Below the pieces are notes generated by a model that was not told where the DNA came from, did no database searches, and saw only the letters and a program-made list of their open reading frames with translations. A DNA stretch of 48,347 bases, filler included, from Dimargaris cristalligena (taxonomy: Eukaryota), in the NCBI GenBank assembly GCA_003614675.1. It is 2 parts of 2 records of this genome, joined end to end, with 100 filler letters (N's around TTAATTAATTAA, not from the genome) between each part and the next. Parts side by side here need not be neighbours in the genome. Positions count along the whole stretch, not along the records: positions 1 to 24,128 come from ML002594.1; positions 24,229 to 48,347 come from ML002595.1. One strand, written 5' to 3'. Shown piece after piece: positions 22,265-34,555 of the stretch (positions are counted from its first letter, which is position 1; the number at the start of each line of letters is the position of its first letter). The position numbers were made by a program, and so were the translations under genes.

Positions 22265-24069
22265 GGTGTAGCTGAGTTGATCTCCGCTGGAACAATGAGG
22301 AAAGTAGTGAAGGGCAAGTTGGGGAAAAGGCGCGGTTAGGATTCCAATCGACAATAGTTATAATGAGTGGCTAGAGTAGTCACTTGGTCAAGCAAAGGCA
22401 GGTAGTATAGGCAGATTCATTTTCTGATAAGAATGGCTGTGTAGGTTCTTGTAAGGTTGAAAACAAGGGGGCTCTACGCCATTAGGGTGGATCCCCAAAA
22501 TGAGTAATGACGTTGTCTATACTGGCAAAAATAGGAGCAGAATAGCACTGTCGACGCTGCTTTGGCGTTGGGAACAAGAATCAGTATGCCAGTCATTCCG
22601 AAAAAATCTGCCACTGAATAAATAAGTTAATTGGTAAGTTATATACGCTATGGATTTGTCCCACCAGCCTGAATAGAGGGCATAACTTCTAGAAGTGACG
22701 AATCGTCAAAGGATGGGGGGGGCTGCCCCAAACCTAAAATTGGCAAATGCCGTCAGGTGATTAGCCATGCTAGAAAACGCCTCAATCTGAATTACGTAAT
22801 AGACAGATAAATCTTGGGCCCCCCCTCCTTATACCAAAATAGGTAAATGGTCATATAAACTACGCATAGTGTAGGTATGAAGTAGGGAAGGGGTGCCTTA
22901 AATATAAAATGAGCCAAAACCGATCTGTCCCAATTCAGCCTAATGATATACATATAGGCCCAATTGGAGTTTCGCCGGCTCATCTGTTCTCACTATTAAG
23001 GTGGTTAAATCGCCCCGGCCCCATTAATCGATCCATAAGCATTGGTGATCAAGGAAGGACCACTGGTTTCCAAACCCCCTCTGGTCGTCACTTAATTTGG
23101 GGGAGGGCGGATCCCGTGGATGGGAAAAGTATATTCCGTAAAATCACAGCTGGGATGTACCTTAGAAGTGAGCGGGTCGTTTGTGTAATTATAATACCAT
23201 ATCAGCCAGCACATCACGCCGCCCTCCAAATATATAATTATAGATGGTAAATAAATCCATCTCTTTTTTGGGGGGTTGGTTGGGGTTGTTGCATACATGC
23301 CATGCCCATGACACACGCCCAGTCCCCAAATATATTACACATCCATGTAAAAGTTCCCATTCGGAGGGCCGGCATTCTCGGCCCTAAACATAAACACAAC
23401 CGGCCTGGCTTTTGTTGAGGAGGGGAAGACTGCACCAACCCCAACAACCGAACGGGCTTCATTAAGTTTCAAGTTTTATCCCGGTATTTGGGTGGGACTG
23501 CCAGTCCACAAACTCGACTGTTTCAGGTTTATTGATGTACCGATTCTTAGCGGTGGTTGCGTCCCCTCCCGTCCCTTCCCCCTCCTTTGCTTCCACGACA
23601 TGTCTCCACGGTCCGTTTTCTTTACTTATTCCTGATATATCCCGTTGAGCTGAGAGCTAAGGGGGTGCGGGATGGGGATTTGCCAGATTCTGAATCCCAG
23701 GGCCCATATGGGTCGATGATCTGCTCTAACTGAACGGATTTTGCTAGACGTGTGGGGATCACGAGAGTAACCGATAAATCCGAAACAGCTCGCGGTTCCC
23801 TTAGGTTGTCCAAATATTGCAGTCGTTTGTTTTTGATTGGCTCATTATTTAGGGGGTAACATCCGGGATTTCACGGGATGAATCATAATCTGTATATAGT
23901 AAACATGGCTACAAAGTACTCTACTATAATTACATTTCTTTTGGATTAGACAGGGCTCGATAGTTACGGATCGTCTACTATCGGTAGCCAAGAATATTAT
24001 TGGTTTATACTATTAATAAACATAATGAACGGATTGTGTAAACCAAAGTATGGTGGTATTCGATGTATG

Positions 24070-24317
24070 ATATGGGAGAAGTTCATCCAAGCTGTATAAC
24101 GAAAAATCCATTAGATTCGGCCAATATANNNNNNNNNNNNNNNNNNNNNNNNNNNNNNNNNNNNNNNNNNNNTTAATTAATTAANNNNNNNNNNNNNNNN
24201 NNNNNNNNNNNNNNNNNNNNNNNNNNNNTACTACTGGTTGAAAATAAACATCCCACTGATTTTCCCATACACATATCAGTTAAACCCTTATACAGCCAAG
24301 CTGAACTTCACCCATAT
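24070..24317. mobile_element. MITE-like element, copy B (inverted relative to copy A, interrupted by the scaffold gap)
   Basis: 24070-24121 is the exact 52/52 reverse complement of 7812-7863. 24231-24317 aligns ungapped to the reverse complement of 7720-7806 at roughly 77% (hand count). Confidence 0.75.
24129..24228. other. Artificial assembly gap/linker: 44 N + TTAATTAATTAA + 44 N
   Basis: Exactly 100 nt, with a central 12-mer that gives stop codons in all six frames, as used for contig-joining spacers. Confidence 0.95.
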
Positions 24318-24432
24318 TTATAAAATAGCATATATCTATTAAAGCACTACTGGCAAAACAGCTCGACAAACAATTGATGGCGGGGGCAGGGAGGAGACCC
24401 CCGCCGCTACCAGTCGTCCAAAAAATCTAAAT

Positions 24433-26715
24433 CTAAAACTTAAAGTCCTTGTGTTTTTTGGCGGCCTTGTCCTTGGTGCCCGATTTTCCATCCGTCTGCT
24501 TCTTCCGCTTCTTGGACTGTTTGTTCACATGTTCGGCCACCAAGTCACTCATGTCTTCATGAGCGGCTCCGCCACCCATAGTCTGGTTCGCATCGGAACC
24601 ATCTTCAGTTGACGGTTGCTGCTGCTGCATTTTCGCGCGGAGGGCCGCTTCGTATTGGGCCGACATAGCCTCTTGGTCCGTCACATCCACTTCCGATGGA
24701 TCCAGCGCTATAATAACCTCGCTACCGGGTACCGGCCCGGTTGGGTGGGCCGTTTTGGCCGGTGGGGCCTTCTTGCTATGATCAGGCTGGGTAGCATTTT
24801 TCTTCTTCTCCCCAGCAGCAGCAGCAGTAGCTGGAGCTAATGATGACGACCCCGCCGCACCTGATGCTAAAGCACTACCCGGGATATCGTAGACGAATTC
24901 TGAGCCCATCATACCACTGATGCGATTAGCCTTGGGCTCCAACACTTGGTATAGTTGTTTCGTTTCTTCCTCCGCTTCATCCTCGTCATTCTCGGCCCCA
25001 CCCGCCGTATTTGACTGACCACGCCGGCTATCCTTACGCAGTTCGATATGATCTGGATCGGTGTCCAATTCGGTGAGCGCCTGTCGATCTGGGTCATTTT
25101 CGCCTTCTGCCAGTTTTTCCACCGCCTCCTCCTCCTCCTCCGATCCGGCTTCTTCGCTACCCGACTCGTCCAACCCTTCCTCATCATCAACATCTTCATC
25201 CGATTCAAGTTCGCCCCATAAAACTTTGCGACTGATGGTTGGATCGTCGTCTTGGTCGTTTAGCTGCCCGGCCCCCATCCCGTTGGAGTTTTGGAACACG
25301 TCTCCGTATAGAGGGCGGTTAAATTCATCCACGGGGGGTCGGCCCCAACCACCCGGTTGAAAACCCCACTGGGCCCCTTCGGGGATGGGTGCATTGAGTC
25401 CGGGAATTACCAGACCGGGGTAGTTTGGAGGTGGCCCGTACCGTTGCATATTAATCAGCCAGGGGGATGGGGTACCCGGGGGCATATTTAGGGCTTCGAT
25501 AAGTTCGGCTGATAATTCACCCGGTTTGTACTCCTTGGCCTCTGTTTCGAACTCTTTGCCCTCAAAGTACCTAAAGACGCACGACGGTGATGGTCGTTAG
25601 ATATTATAATAGTGATGCATAGTATAATACGGGATTAGCAGATGTGTATTGTTGCGCCAATTGTTATATCCATATCAGTGAACTGAATATATTTCTTTAA
25701 AGATCACCTGGTCAACTAGGGTGTCAACAAGCGTAAGGAACTTACAATTGGCCGTGAATGGTCATGCGTGGTTTAGACTGGAAGCGGAAAAAGGCATCAT
25801 GCAGTTTAGCATAATCAACCCCGAGTTTGCCCATCTTGGGTTGCATCCGTTCACGGGTCTTGGATTTGAGCTTCTGCTGATCCGCCTTATCCTTGATGGC
25901 CTCTCGCATTTCCTGGATACCAGTAGCCTTAATGAATTCTGGGGAAGTGAAAAATAAATTAGGTTGGCATGACATCAAAAAATATCAAAAATCTCAGCGG
26001 TTAAATCATCACCCTATCCAGTTATGAAAACCGGGTAATTTAATTAACCAATTAAAATACTAATTCATACAAGGCAACCTCGACTTACCTGGCAATTCAA
26101 AGGGCGCCTTTTCAATACCCCGTTTACCCTGCAAATACTTGCGTTTGCGATTCCAGTGTACAGGCACAGGTACGGTATTGCGGTGGGATTTGAGATCCAC
26201 CAGCAGTTTAGGATCGTGTCCGGTGACATCGACCCATTCCACTAGTTCGGGTTTCTTCACCATTTGTTTCAGTTCCGCCAGCGTCATTCGGGCGTCCCGG
26301 CGGACCCGATTTTTGGAATGCGCTTTGGGTTTGCCGGATCCTCCATCACTGTCACTGCCATCACTATCGCCATTATCATCCGATTGATGTCCGGCAGTGC
26401 TGGATTCAGCCGCGTCAGTCGATGTTTGGGCGGCCTTGCCTTCGGCTAGGTCGTCGGCAGACTAATGTATTTTAGAGAGAGAGAGAGAGAGAGAGGTGTA
26501 TAGAGGTTGGTGTATGCGTGAGCAACAAGGTAATTTGGGTTAGCAATGAATAGCCCCGTGGCGCGGACCGAGTAAAAGGTGGGTGCAAATGGGAAATGCC
26601 TTTTTGATAAAGGTAAAACATAACTAACCTGTTCAGTAGGTTCATCGCCTGGTAAAGCGAACTTCTTAAAGATATCGGCGAATTGCGCGAACAATGGGTC
26701 ATCCGCAGAGGCCAT
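24433..26715 (-). CDS. SF3B2: U2 snRNP splicing factor SF3B2/SAP145/Cus1, 4 exons
   Basis: Exons 26715-26629, 26461-26089, 25938-25746 and 25570-24433 keep frame. Motifs VPVPVHWNRKRKYLQGKRGIEKAPFELP, LHDAFFRFQ, LYFEGKEFE, PSP domain PWLINMQRYGPPPNYPGL..PGLNAPIP and C-terminal KDFKF. Confidence 0.96.
26473..26495. repeat. (AG)n microsatellite in SF3B2 intron 1
   Basis: Run of AG dinucleotides serving as the polypyrimidine tract on the minus strand. Confidence 0.85.
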
Positions 26716-27327
26716 GGTAAAGCGAGGGGGGTCGGTGCGTTACGCGTGTTAACAAAGCGATACGGTCGACTTGTAATAGTAGAAGAGACGCAGTAATGTA
26801 TAAGTGGAGAATACACGAAAATAACGAATTTGGGGTGCTTTTCAGAATAACCAAAAAGAGAAAGAGAAGTATAAAAATGAAAGGGAGCTTGGGATAGATT
26901 TAAGAGAATGGCCAAAGTGTGTGTATGTGGGTGGGAGGAATGGCTTTGCTGGGTTTACGCCTGGAAGAAATTTTGAGGGCCCCGTTCCCCCTCACTTTGC
27001 CTATTGGGAGGAGGATGAGAGAGATCTTACACATTGGAGGAGAGTTTTGGAACATTACCAATAACCTACTCACCCACGCATCCCTTGTATGTAACTGGGA
27101 GTGAACAAGGAGGGGGGGGAAGCAAGATTTTGAAGCGAGTTCCTGAAATCACTTAGTTTCCCCCGGGTCTCTTACTCATCTTACGACACGCATACATTCC
27201 GTCATTTTCTACACCAACTGACGACCATTTCTCTGCTCCCCCCTCCCGCGCCCCATTTCCCTTGCTCTATAAGTAACACGCAGAAAGAAGAATATACACC
27301 AGCTGAAATTCCTTTCCTCTGCTCACC

Positions 27328-27688
27328 ATGGCCTCAACCGAGTCTCGCCGTCACTCCGTGTTTCGTCCCTGCATCGACTTACACGATGGCCAAGTCAAGC
27401 AGATCGTGGGAGGTACCCTAGCCGACGGCGACGACGCGAAGGATACTCTCCGCACTAACTTCGTTTCGCCGTAAGTCCTACACAACCATTTTCCCCCTAT
27501 CCCTTTCTATTCACCGGTTACGAGGCTGACTCGGCCACCACCGCATCCTGTGCAAAACAAATCCGCCTTAAGTAAACCATGGGCAGTAGTAAAATAGGCA
27601 TTCGATCGCTGTCACTCTTTGTACTACCCTGATCATAGAGTAGCCATTAGATATGAATCTAACACTACTATTTTGGTATTTATCTCTG

Positions 27689-27741
<53 letters not shown>

Positions 27742-29272
27742 ATGGGGGGTGGGTACTGCTTACGCTTCAAATCCAACTAACATACATCATACCCTAGAAA
27801 ACCATCGAGCTATTACGCCGAGCTCTACCGTGATCAAAATCTCACGGGTGCTCACGTTATCAAACTAGGCCCTAACAACGATGAGGCTGCCCTCGCTGCC
27901 CTTCGAGCCTGGCCCGGTAAGTGAGCGAACCGTATTCATTTATGCTCTGCGAAGCCCTTCCCCGCTGCAAACCGTCAATACCCCCCCTTTTGCCAACCTT
28001 TAACACCAACTCTGCTATATCCTTTAATTCACTCTACATCCTGCGACGATAATGGTATATACAGATGGCCTTCAATTGGGCGGTGGCATCACTTTAGACA
28101 ACGCCCAAGACTGGATTGCTCAAGGTGCCCAAAAGGTAGGCCGTGATGACTACTGCGTTTGACTAATTTATAGGAATCTATGTATCCCCTGGCCTAGTAC
28201 TCTTACTATACTATCTACTCCCTCCGCGCATAACGAACTATCCTAACCATTCCCCCTATGACCATGCTTAAACACACCTTAAATAGGTGATCATTACTAG
28301 TTGGTTATTCCCTAATGCACAATTTTCCTTGGAGCGGCTCCAGGCCTTGTCAAGTGCAATCGGTCGGGATCGGCTAGTTGTTGATCTAAGGTAATTCTTC
28401 TTTTTCCACTTCTTTTTTTCCTTTCGATCTGCTCCATCGTCGCACTCGCATACAGGAAAATGAGAGAGAGGGGGGGGTGAGGAGACTCTCTATATCCAAC
28501 CTCCCCCAAGTGTAATGGTACAAGCCAGTATTGTCCATAGTTCAATATACCCTATATATTATACATTACTAATTTGGGATGTGATAATCGGCCAATTTGC
28601 CACTGTACTGCGATTATATCTATACTCATTTTTGGACACTATTAGCTGTCGACGAGTCGGATCTAAATGGTTTGTGGCCATGAACAAATGGCAAACCATC
28701 ACCAATACGGAGATTACCGAAGGTAGGTTATCCCAAGTTACAATCACCATTCCCACTTGTCTACCAGTGGGGACTGTTGCTCAGCTTTAGGCCACTGGGT
28801 ATATGGGTGTGGGTTTCGTTTACGTTGAACGATAACATACTAATCGGACCACACCACTTTCCACATCAATGCGACCATTACGATGCCTTCTTTAAATCTT
28901 GTAACATCTAAATCTGCCGGCTCATTCCGTTCAATTAATATGACTCTGCTACCCTTCCGGCTTTTTTTTTCTACCAATTATATAACAGAAAACCTCCATA
29001 TGATGGCCCAATACTGCAGTGAGTTCCTCATCCATGCCGCTGATGTGGAAGGACTGTGCCAAGGGATTGACCAGGAACTCGTGGTCCAACTGGGCCAATG
29101 GGCGACCATTCCGACCACCTATGCCGGTGGAGCCCATCGCTTGGAAGACTTGGCCCTGGTGGACGGCTTGTCAAATGGTCGAGTCGACCTCACTTATGGC
29201 AGTGCCTTGGATATCTTCGGTGGGACTAAGGTGAAATTCGACGATTGTGTCAGTTGGAACGCCAGCCATTAG
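27328..29272 (+). CDS. HIS6: Phosphoribosylformimino-5-aminoimidazole carboxamide ribotide isomerase (eukaryotic HisA), 6 exons
   Basis: Exons 27328-27470, 27798-27916, 28065-28135, 28287-28390, 28646-28722 and 28989-29272. Motifs [63 protein letters not shown] and [13 protein letters not shown]. Confidence 0.96.
27688..27741. repeat. Compound microsatellite (TC)n(TA)n(TG)n in HIS6 intron 1
   Basis: Direct reading of consecutive TC, TA and TG dinucleotide runs. Confidence 0.9.
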
Positions 29273-31287
29273 AGGTACCGCGACTGTACATGCTCATGTC
29301 GTGCTAAAATACGGAACATTGGACATACGAGCTGGCATAACTAAAATTAATGGCCTTCTCAACCACTGGTTAGGGATGCCTTCCCTCCCCGGGCGGATTT
29401 TTTTTATCATCCCCGCCCCCATCCTCATACTCATTACTATTGCATTATTATTATTTAGTTACTACCAGTAGTAGAAACCGATAAAGTGACAGATGTCCTG
29501 ACACTATGGTCTGTGACTATACAGCCCGACTAAAATATGCTATGTATACGGAATAATGTATGGCTGATGGCCACTTCCCAATCCATGATACACCCGTATA
29601 TCGTCCGACTATGGTTAGTAGGATTGATTAGCGCCAGTGAGTATATAGCGCATGGTGCATGGAAATGTGATGGCAGTATGGACACTATACCCAGAGAGAA
29701 CTGTCAGCTCGCATTGGGTTAAGCAGCCAAAAAAATGGGAATATAGTGTGATGTCCTGATTGACCATACTTAAAATAGATAAATATGCCTTGGGAGCGGA
29801 ACACTGAACGAAACATAGTCACAGTTGGCGCCAAATTGGCTATTCTGGAGCCGAGCAGTATTCCGTCCCTCCCAGATGCATCAGACATCCATAGTTTAGT
29901 CCTTGGTCGCAGTATAGTATCCCCCAAATCAAAAGAAACTGGCTGGTATTCCAGCAGGGGGACAACGTATTTCCCGAGTAGAGATGGTGGAGGGGAAAGT
30001 GGGGATCCCAACGGAATTGAGAGGCAAGTTGACTTGTTCCCTCTAATCATCCCCCTGAACAAAGCGGTTCGCTAACCAACGATTTACCAATGGTTAGTAT
30101 ATAATCCCAGCTGATAAACGAGTCGGAATGATCGGAGTTAACTAAGCGAGTGAGTCAATACAGGGATACTAAAATATTAAAGAAATCCTTGCGGAGAACT
30201 AAAGGTTGTGGTCGTCATCAAAAGCCATCGCTCTTTTGTTTTCCTTCTTCCACGGCAGCACACCCTTTTCTATCATAAGGCCCAATTGAATGAACATAAG
30301 AGGCTTGTTGGCTTGTGTGGTACCGGACAAGTTCCCGATAGATCGCCCTTCAGCGAGACTGGAGAGAGTGTAAAGAATAATACAAGTAATTATAGAATGG
30401 CAAACAGGAGACATGGAGTGGCAATGAGGGGATGATGGCCTTCGGTGGAGTGAGACTAGTGTGGCGCAAGGGAATTTGAGGCCGAATAAGGATTGCCGTT
30501 TAGCCGAATCGACGCCAGTGTCCCCCCCTCCTTGTGGAGGTAAAAATGGGTGAGTAGTTCCAAGTTACCCGGATGAGCGACCTTCACTGAGAAAAACAAC
30601 AGAATGAGGCGGAGAGGGTGTGGTAGTGGTGGTGGCACTCTAGACTCGAGCGGAGTACTGGTGGTGGGGTTGCCATATAAAAGCACCGTACGGTCCGGTC
30701 AATCAGTGGACTCTACTTACTTGAATATTATATACCCCGTACTCTTCATTTTCCATTTCGCCTAGCCAGTCATCTCGACCCGTTCATTAATTTCTGTACG
30801 CTTACCTGTTTGGGGTTCTCGACTACCCCGCATCATTTTTTTTCGGTTGGCTATTGTATATTGCGCTCACATGCCCTTCAAATCCTGTTAATCCTCTCCC
30901 ACCCCTACCTTCCGAGTACTGGGTTCGACAACTGCTATAAAAAATCCAAGCCGAATTGTCACCAGTTCATTTACGCTGCGCACCGCAGTGTTGGCCAATC
31001 TTTGCAATTCTACCTGTATTTCGTTTCCCTCCACCTTCTCACTCCAACAGCACCGTCACCTGCTTAGATTTCGATATATATTTAAATATATAAATAGCCG
31101 CCGAGGGTCCTCTTCCCTGTCTCCGTATTCACCGTATTTCCGCAGTTAATTACTAGCTGATTCATACCCACTTATTAACCACCGACGTTACCTATTCTCC
31201 TGTTCACCGGAGTTGTTTCTGAGTGCTAACTATAACCCTTTTCTTGTTCGAACTCCGACCTTCCTCCTCACCCCTCTCATTCTCGTA

Positions 31288-31662
31288 ATGTACGGCTACA
31301 CTACCCACTTGGTCGGTATTCTGGCCGTCCCGGCGTCTCTTGACCAACATCCGGCGCAACCGTCCAGCCGGCCCCGGCGGCGCCATACCATATCAACCAC
31401 ACTGGATTCACCCATGGTACCTAACCGCAACTCGTCTCTTTCGCACCTGTACAATTCCATCGACGACAGTTTGGACGAATACGACGATAACTACGCCCAT
31501 TCCATCGGCCACTCCAGTATTGACATGAACCAGTCGTGGGCCGACAGTACGCTCGTGCATAATCCCGACGGCGGTTTACTTTGCTACTCGTTGGGCATTC
31601 GGGCACGCATTGCATCGTTTTTCCGGCGGGGGTCAGCATCGAACGATATTATTCCAGGCTAG
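31288..31662 (+). CDS. Small hypothetical protein (124 aa), Ser/Asp-rich
   Basis: ATG at 31288 after a long pyrimidine-rich leader and TATA-like boxes (~30675, ~31088); C-ending codon bias like neighbouring genes; no recognisable domain. Confidence 0.55.
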   Translation: MYGYTTHLVGILAVPASLDQHPAQPSSRPRRRHTISTTLDSPMVPNRNSSLSHLYNSIDDSLDEYDDNYAHSIGHSSIDMNQSWADSTLVHNPDGGLLCYSLGIRARIASFFRRGSASNDIIPG

Positions 31663-33829
31663 CGGTTTGGTATTAGACTCGTGCATGGATGGAAGAGGGG
31701 AGAGAGAGATTGCTCACCACCACTACACCACACCACATGCCTTTTTCCTTCATCCAATCCTGGTCCGAGTATACGAACAACCTATACACCCTTCACCCCT
31801 CACTCAACAAATTGGATTTGGGAAAACATCACCTTCGAACTAGTCATATTTATTGGCCAAGTTGCAAAATTGGCAAACGACCAGCTGTAGTATAATAATA
31901 CCCACACACTCCCTCCACCGCATCCGTATAACCCCCCCTATCATAACCTCGCCTTCTTCACACAACGTCTTAATTTGGTAGGCAGTCAGCAGTACCCGGC
32001 CATGTCTCGTGTTGTTTTAATGTGTGAAATCTAGAACGGCAACGCGTATTGGAAGGGAACACCTCTCACCATCACATGCACCAATGTTCTGCGATTTTAC
32101 CCCACTCTCCTATTATCTCTTGGTTCAACAGCGATACCCCCCTCTCCTCCATAACTGGACGAGGAGAAACGGATAACTGAGATAATCCCAGCAGCCTGCT
32201 CGCCCAGCCAACGGTAAAACTACGCTGGCTTGTGTGCACTAGCGGCAATCTATTCTATTTTATCAAGAATGGAATGTTTGAGGTGTGGAATATTCCTCCA
32301 ACTCTGCCACACATTATTAATTGTATTACCATTTAAATAAACCTATTTATATACGAGGTATACCAACTTGACCTATTCACATGCGGATCCGTAAGATTAG
32401 ATCCTCCTCCTTCCTATTACCCAGGGTCTTTCAGGGATACCGATGCGATTACGCCAATGGCCCTAATCCGGCTATTATTATAGCCATCAGGGCGAATGTG
32501 CCCCGCCCCTCCCACCTCTCTAATAAGAATTCTCCAAGGAATTCGGCTAAATGGGTAAATCAAGTGCCCAGGTGGCATTATAACCCTGCTGTGGTCGGCC
32601 AATACCTTCCCGCCCCTTGAGGACGTCAACCTACATCCCCACATCTTTGTGGAATGACGGTCTCTTCTCATGCGGTCCGGGGCGCATAATTTACGGATAC
32701 GAGACTGTCGAAGACTAGTATGGCGTTGGGGCCCAGTGGGAATAAGTGCATGCTATTCCTTTATCTATTCGCCAATGTGTGTGTGTGTGTGGAGGGGGGG
32801 TAGTCTAATTGGCTCGGCCGATTTCAGCTATGGCCACGTCATTAATCCGAGATCCTGTACCTGAGCTGTGTAAAGTTACTAACTACTCTCCCTCCCTAGA
32901 GCATCTCCGACGAACGTAGTAATGCCGAATAGAGAGTTAGATGATGGACTGATTAATTACCGTATATCTAATACACTCGATTCTCCATAGCCCCCCAGAC
33001 CTTCCGTCTCCTTTCCTTCGCTAGATGGATTAATGATGTCATGGAAGTGTAGAATTCTCCGACGATGACATAATGGTCAACTAATTACCTTTCCCCTTTA
33101 ATTGATGCATCGGCTGGTCCAATGGCCGGGGCCGTTTGGGCTTCCACGCCGATTTGCCGGAGGAGAGGGAGTTGTGGAGGAGAGGATGCACCAAGTAAGC
33201 CAGCGAAGAACGGTGGCGTATTGCACCACGGTATAACTTAGGGCCTAGATGATTGATTGATCACTACTGCTCATTCTACCGATAACGAAGAGGGGCTATC
33301 GGATGCCCAGTATAGTCTCTTCTCTTCTCAACGAAAAAAATAACCAAATAGGAGGAAGCACCATGGGTCTCTCTTCTTCTAGCATGTGCATTTCGGCATT
33401 AACCAAGCTTACTCTGTTCTGCATAGCTTGGTGGATGGGAATAAATTACAAAACCGGGCGTTTCAAGTGTGTCTACAGTTAGTTGGTATCCCTGCTGCTC
33501 TCGCCATGAAGCCATATTTGGCTGGCTAATCCCCCCCCCACATTCATACGGGCTTCTCACAACCTGGCCCATATCGCGGCTGCCATCGGGTCGATTCGGC
33601 CTCCACGGTATGGTTGCACCACAAAAATTAGTTGCCAGTGGCATTGCTTATGGATAGAGAGAGGGTTCGCTACATGCCGCGGCATTCTAGCAAAGGAGAG
33701 GGGGTGGCCGGAACGAGAGAGAGGACAGGCCTAGCGCGGCATATCCCCTCCATACGCTCGCCTCTCCTTTCCTCTCCTATTTATTTACCGCACCAGTTCC
33801 AAGTGGTGGCGGTTGGACAAGTGTAGGCT

Positions 33830-34062
33830 GGACCAATCGGCTTAATCGCTAGGGTAGTCCTTTTCGGATCATGACATAATGGCCGGGGGATAGAGTGGCG
33901 GCCAATCTATTCTGTGAGCATATATCCATCCTCTCACCCTCCTCTCTTGGGTACCTCCGTTAATTCAAGGCCATACATCATCAATCACTCATTTTTATAT
34001 ATGCGCATTTAAAGTAGCGAGGAGCACACCCTGCTCTCCGATTCCTTTTGTTCCGTATAAAA
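33830..34062 (+). promoter_or_regulatory. Putative PRO3 core promoter (CCAAT boxes and TATA box)
   Basis: CCAAT at ~33834 and ~33902 and TATAAAA at 34056-34062, followed by a ~490-nt CT-rich leader in which I saw no ATG. Confidence 0.45.
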
Positions 34063-34555
34063 GGCACCGGTGTCGCAGCCTGCCCAGCCCCGCACATCCT
34101 TTCCACTGTCCTTTCGGTTTTCGGCTCAATCCACTCCACTGCTTCTCGTGTAGTTCTGGCCGTCCAATAGGTCCAATTCCTGTTTTCCTCTGTGTGTGTA
34201 CCACAGCCGGTTTATTCCTCGCCCTGCTCCTCCTAACTGGCCCCTTTGGGTTTCAGCGAGCCTCTTCAAGTTTCCCTTCCTCGCTTTTTTTTGTGATCCC
34301 TCCCTTTTCTCTGGCGTTTCACCGCTGGTCTTCGGTATTGTCGCTCCCCTCTCTTTGCCGCCTTCTCTGTCTTTCGAAACCCCGACTTCCTCCCCAACCA
34401 CGCCCCTTTTTCTGTTCATTGTAATAATTGATCTTTGCTCCCTCATCTCTTTCTTTTTCTCTCTTTCTCTCTGACCCGCTTTTTCTTTCACTCCACTATT
34501 TTTTTATCTCTCACCCACGCCACATACTCACTGTAAAATACAATTATCATCAACC

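Noticed and set aside
22300..24060. Short ORFs between SDH6 and the gap
   Set aside because: No codon bias, homology cues or coherent splice pattern; treated as intergenic.
24173..24184. Palindromic TTAATTAATTAA between N runs
   Set aside because: Synthetic six-frame-stop spacer, not biological sequence.
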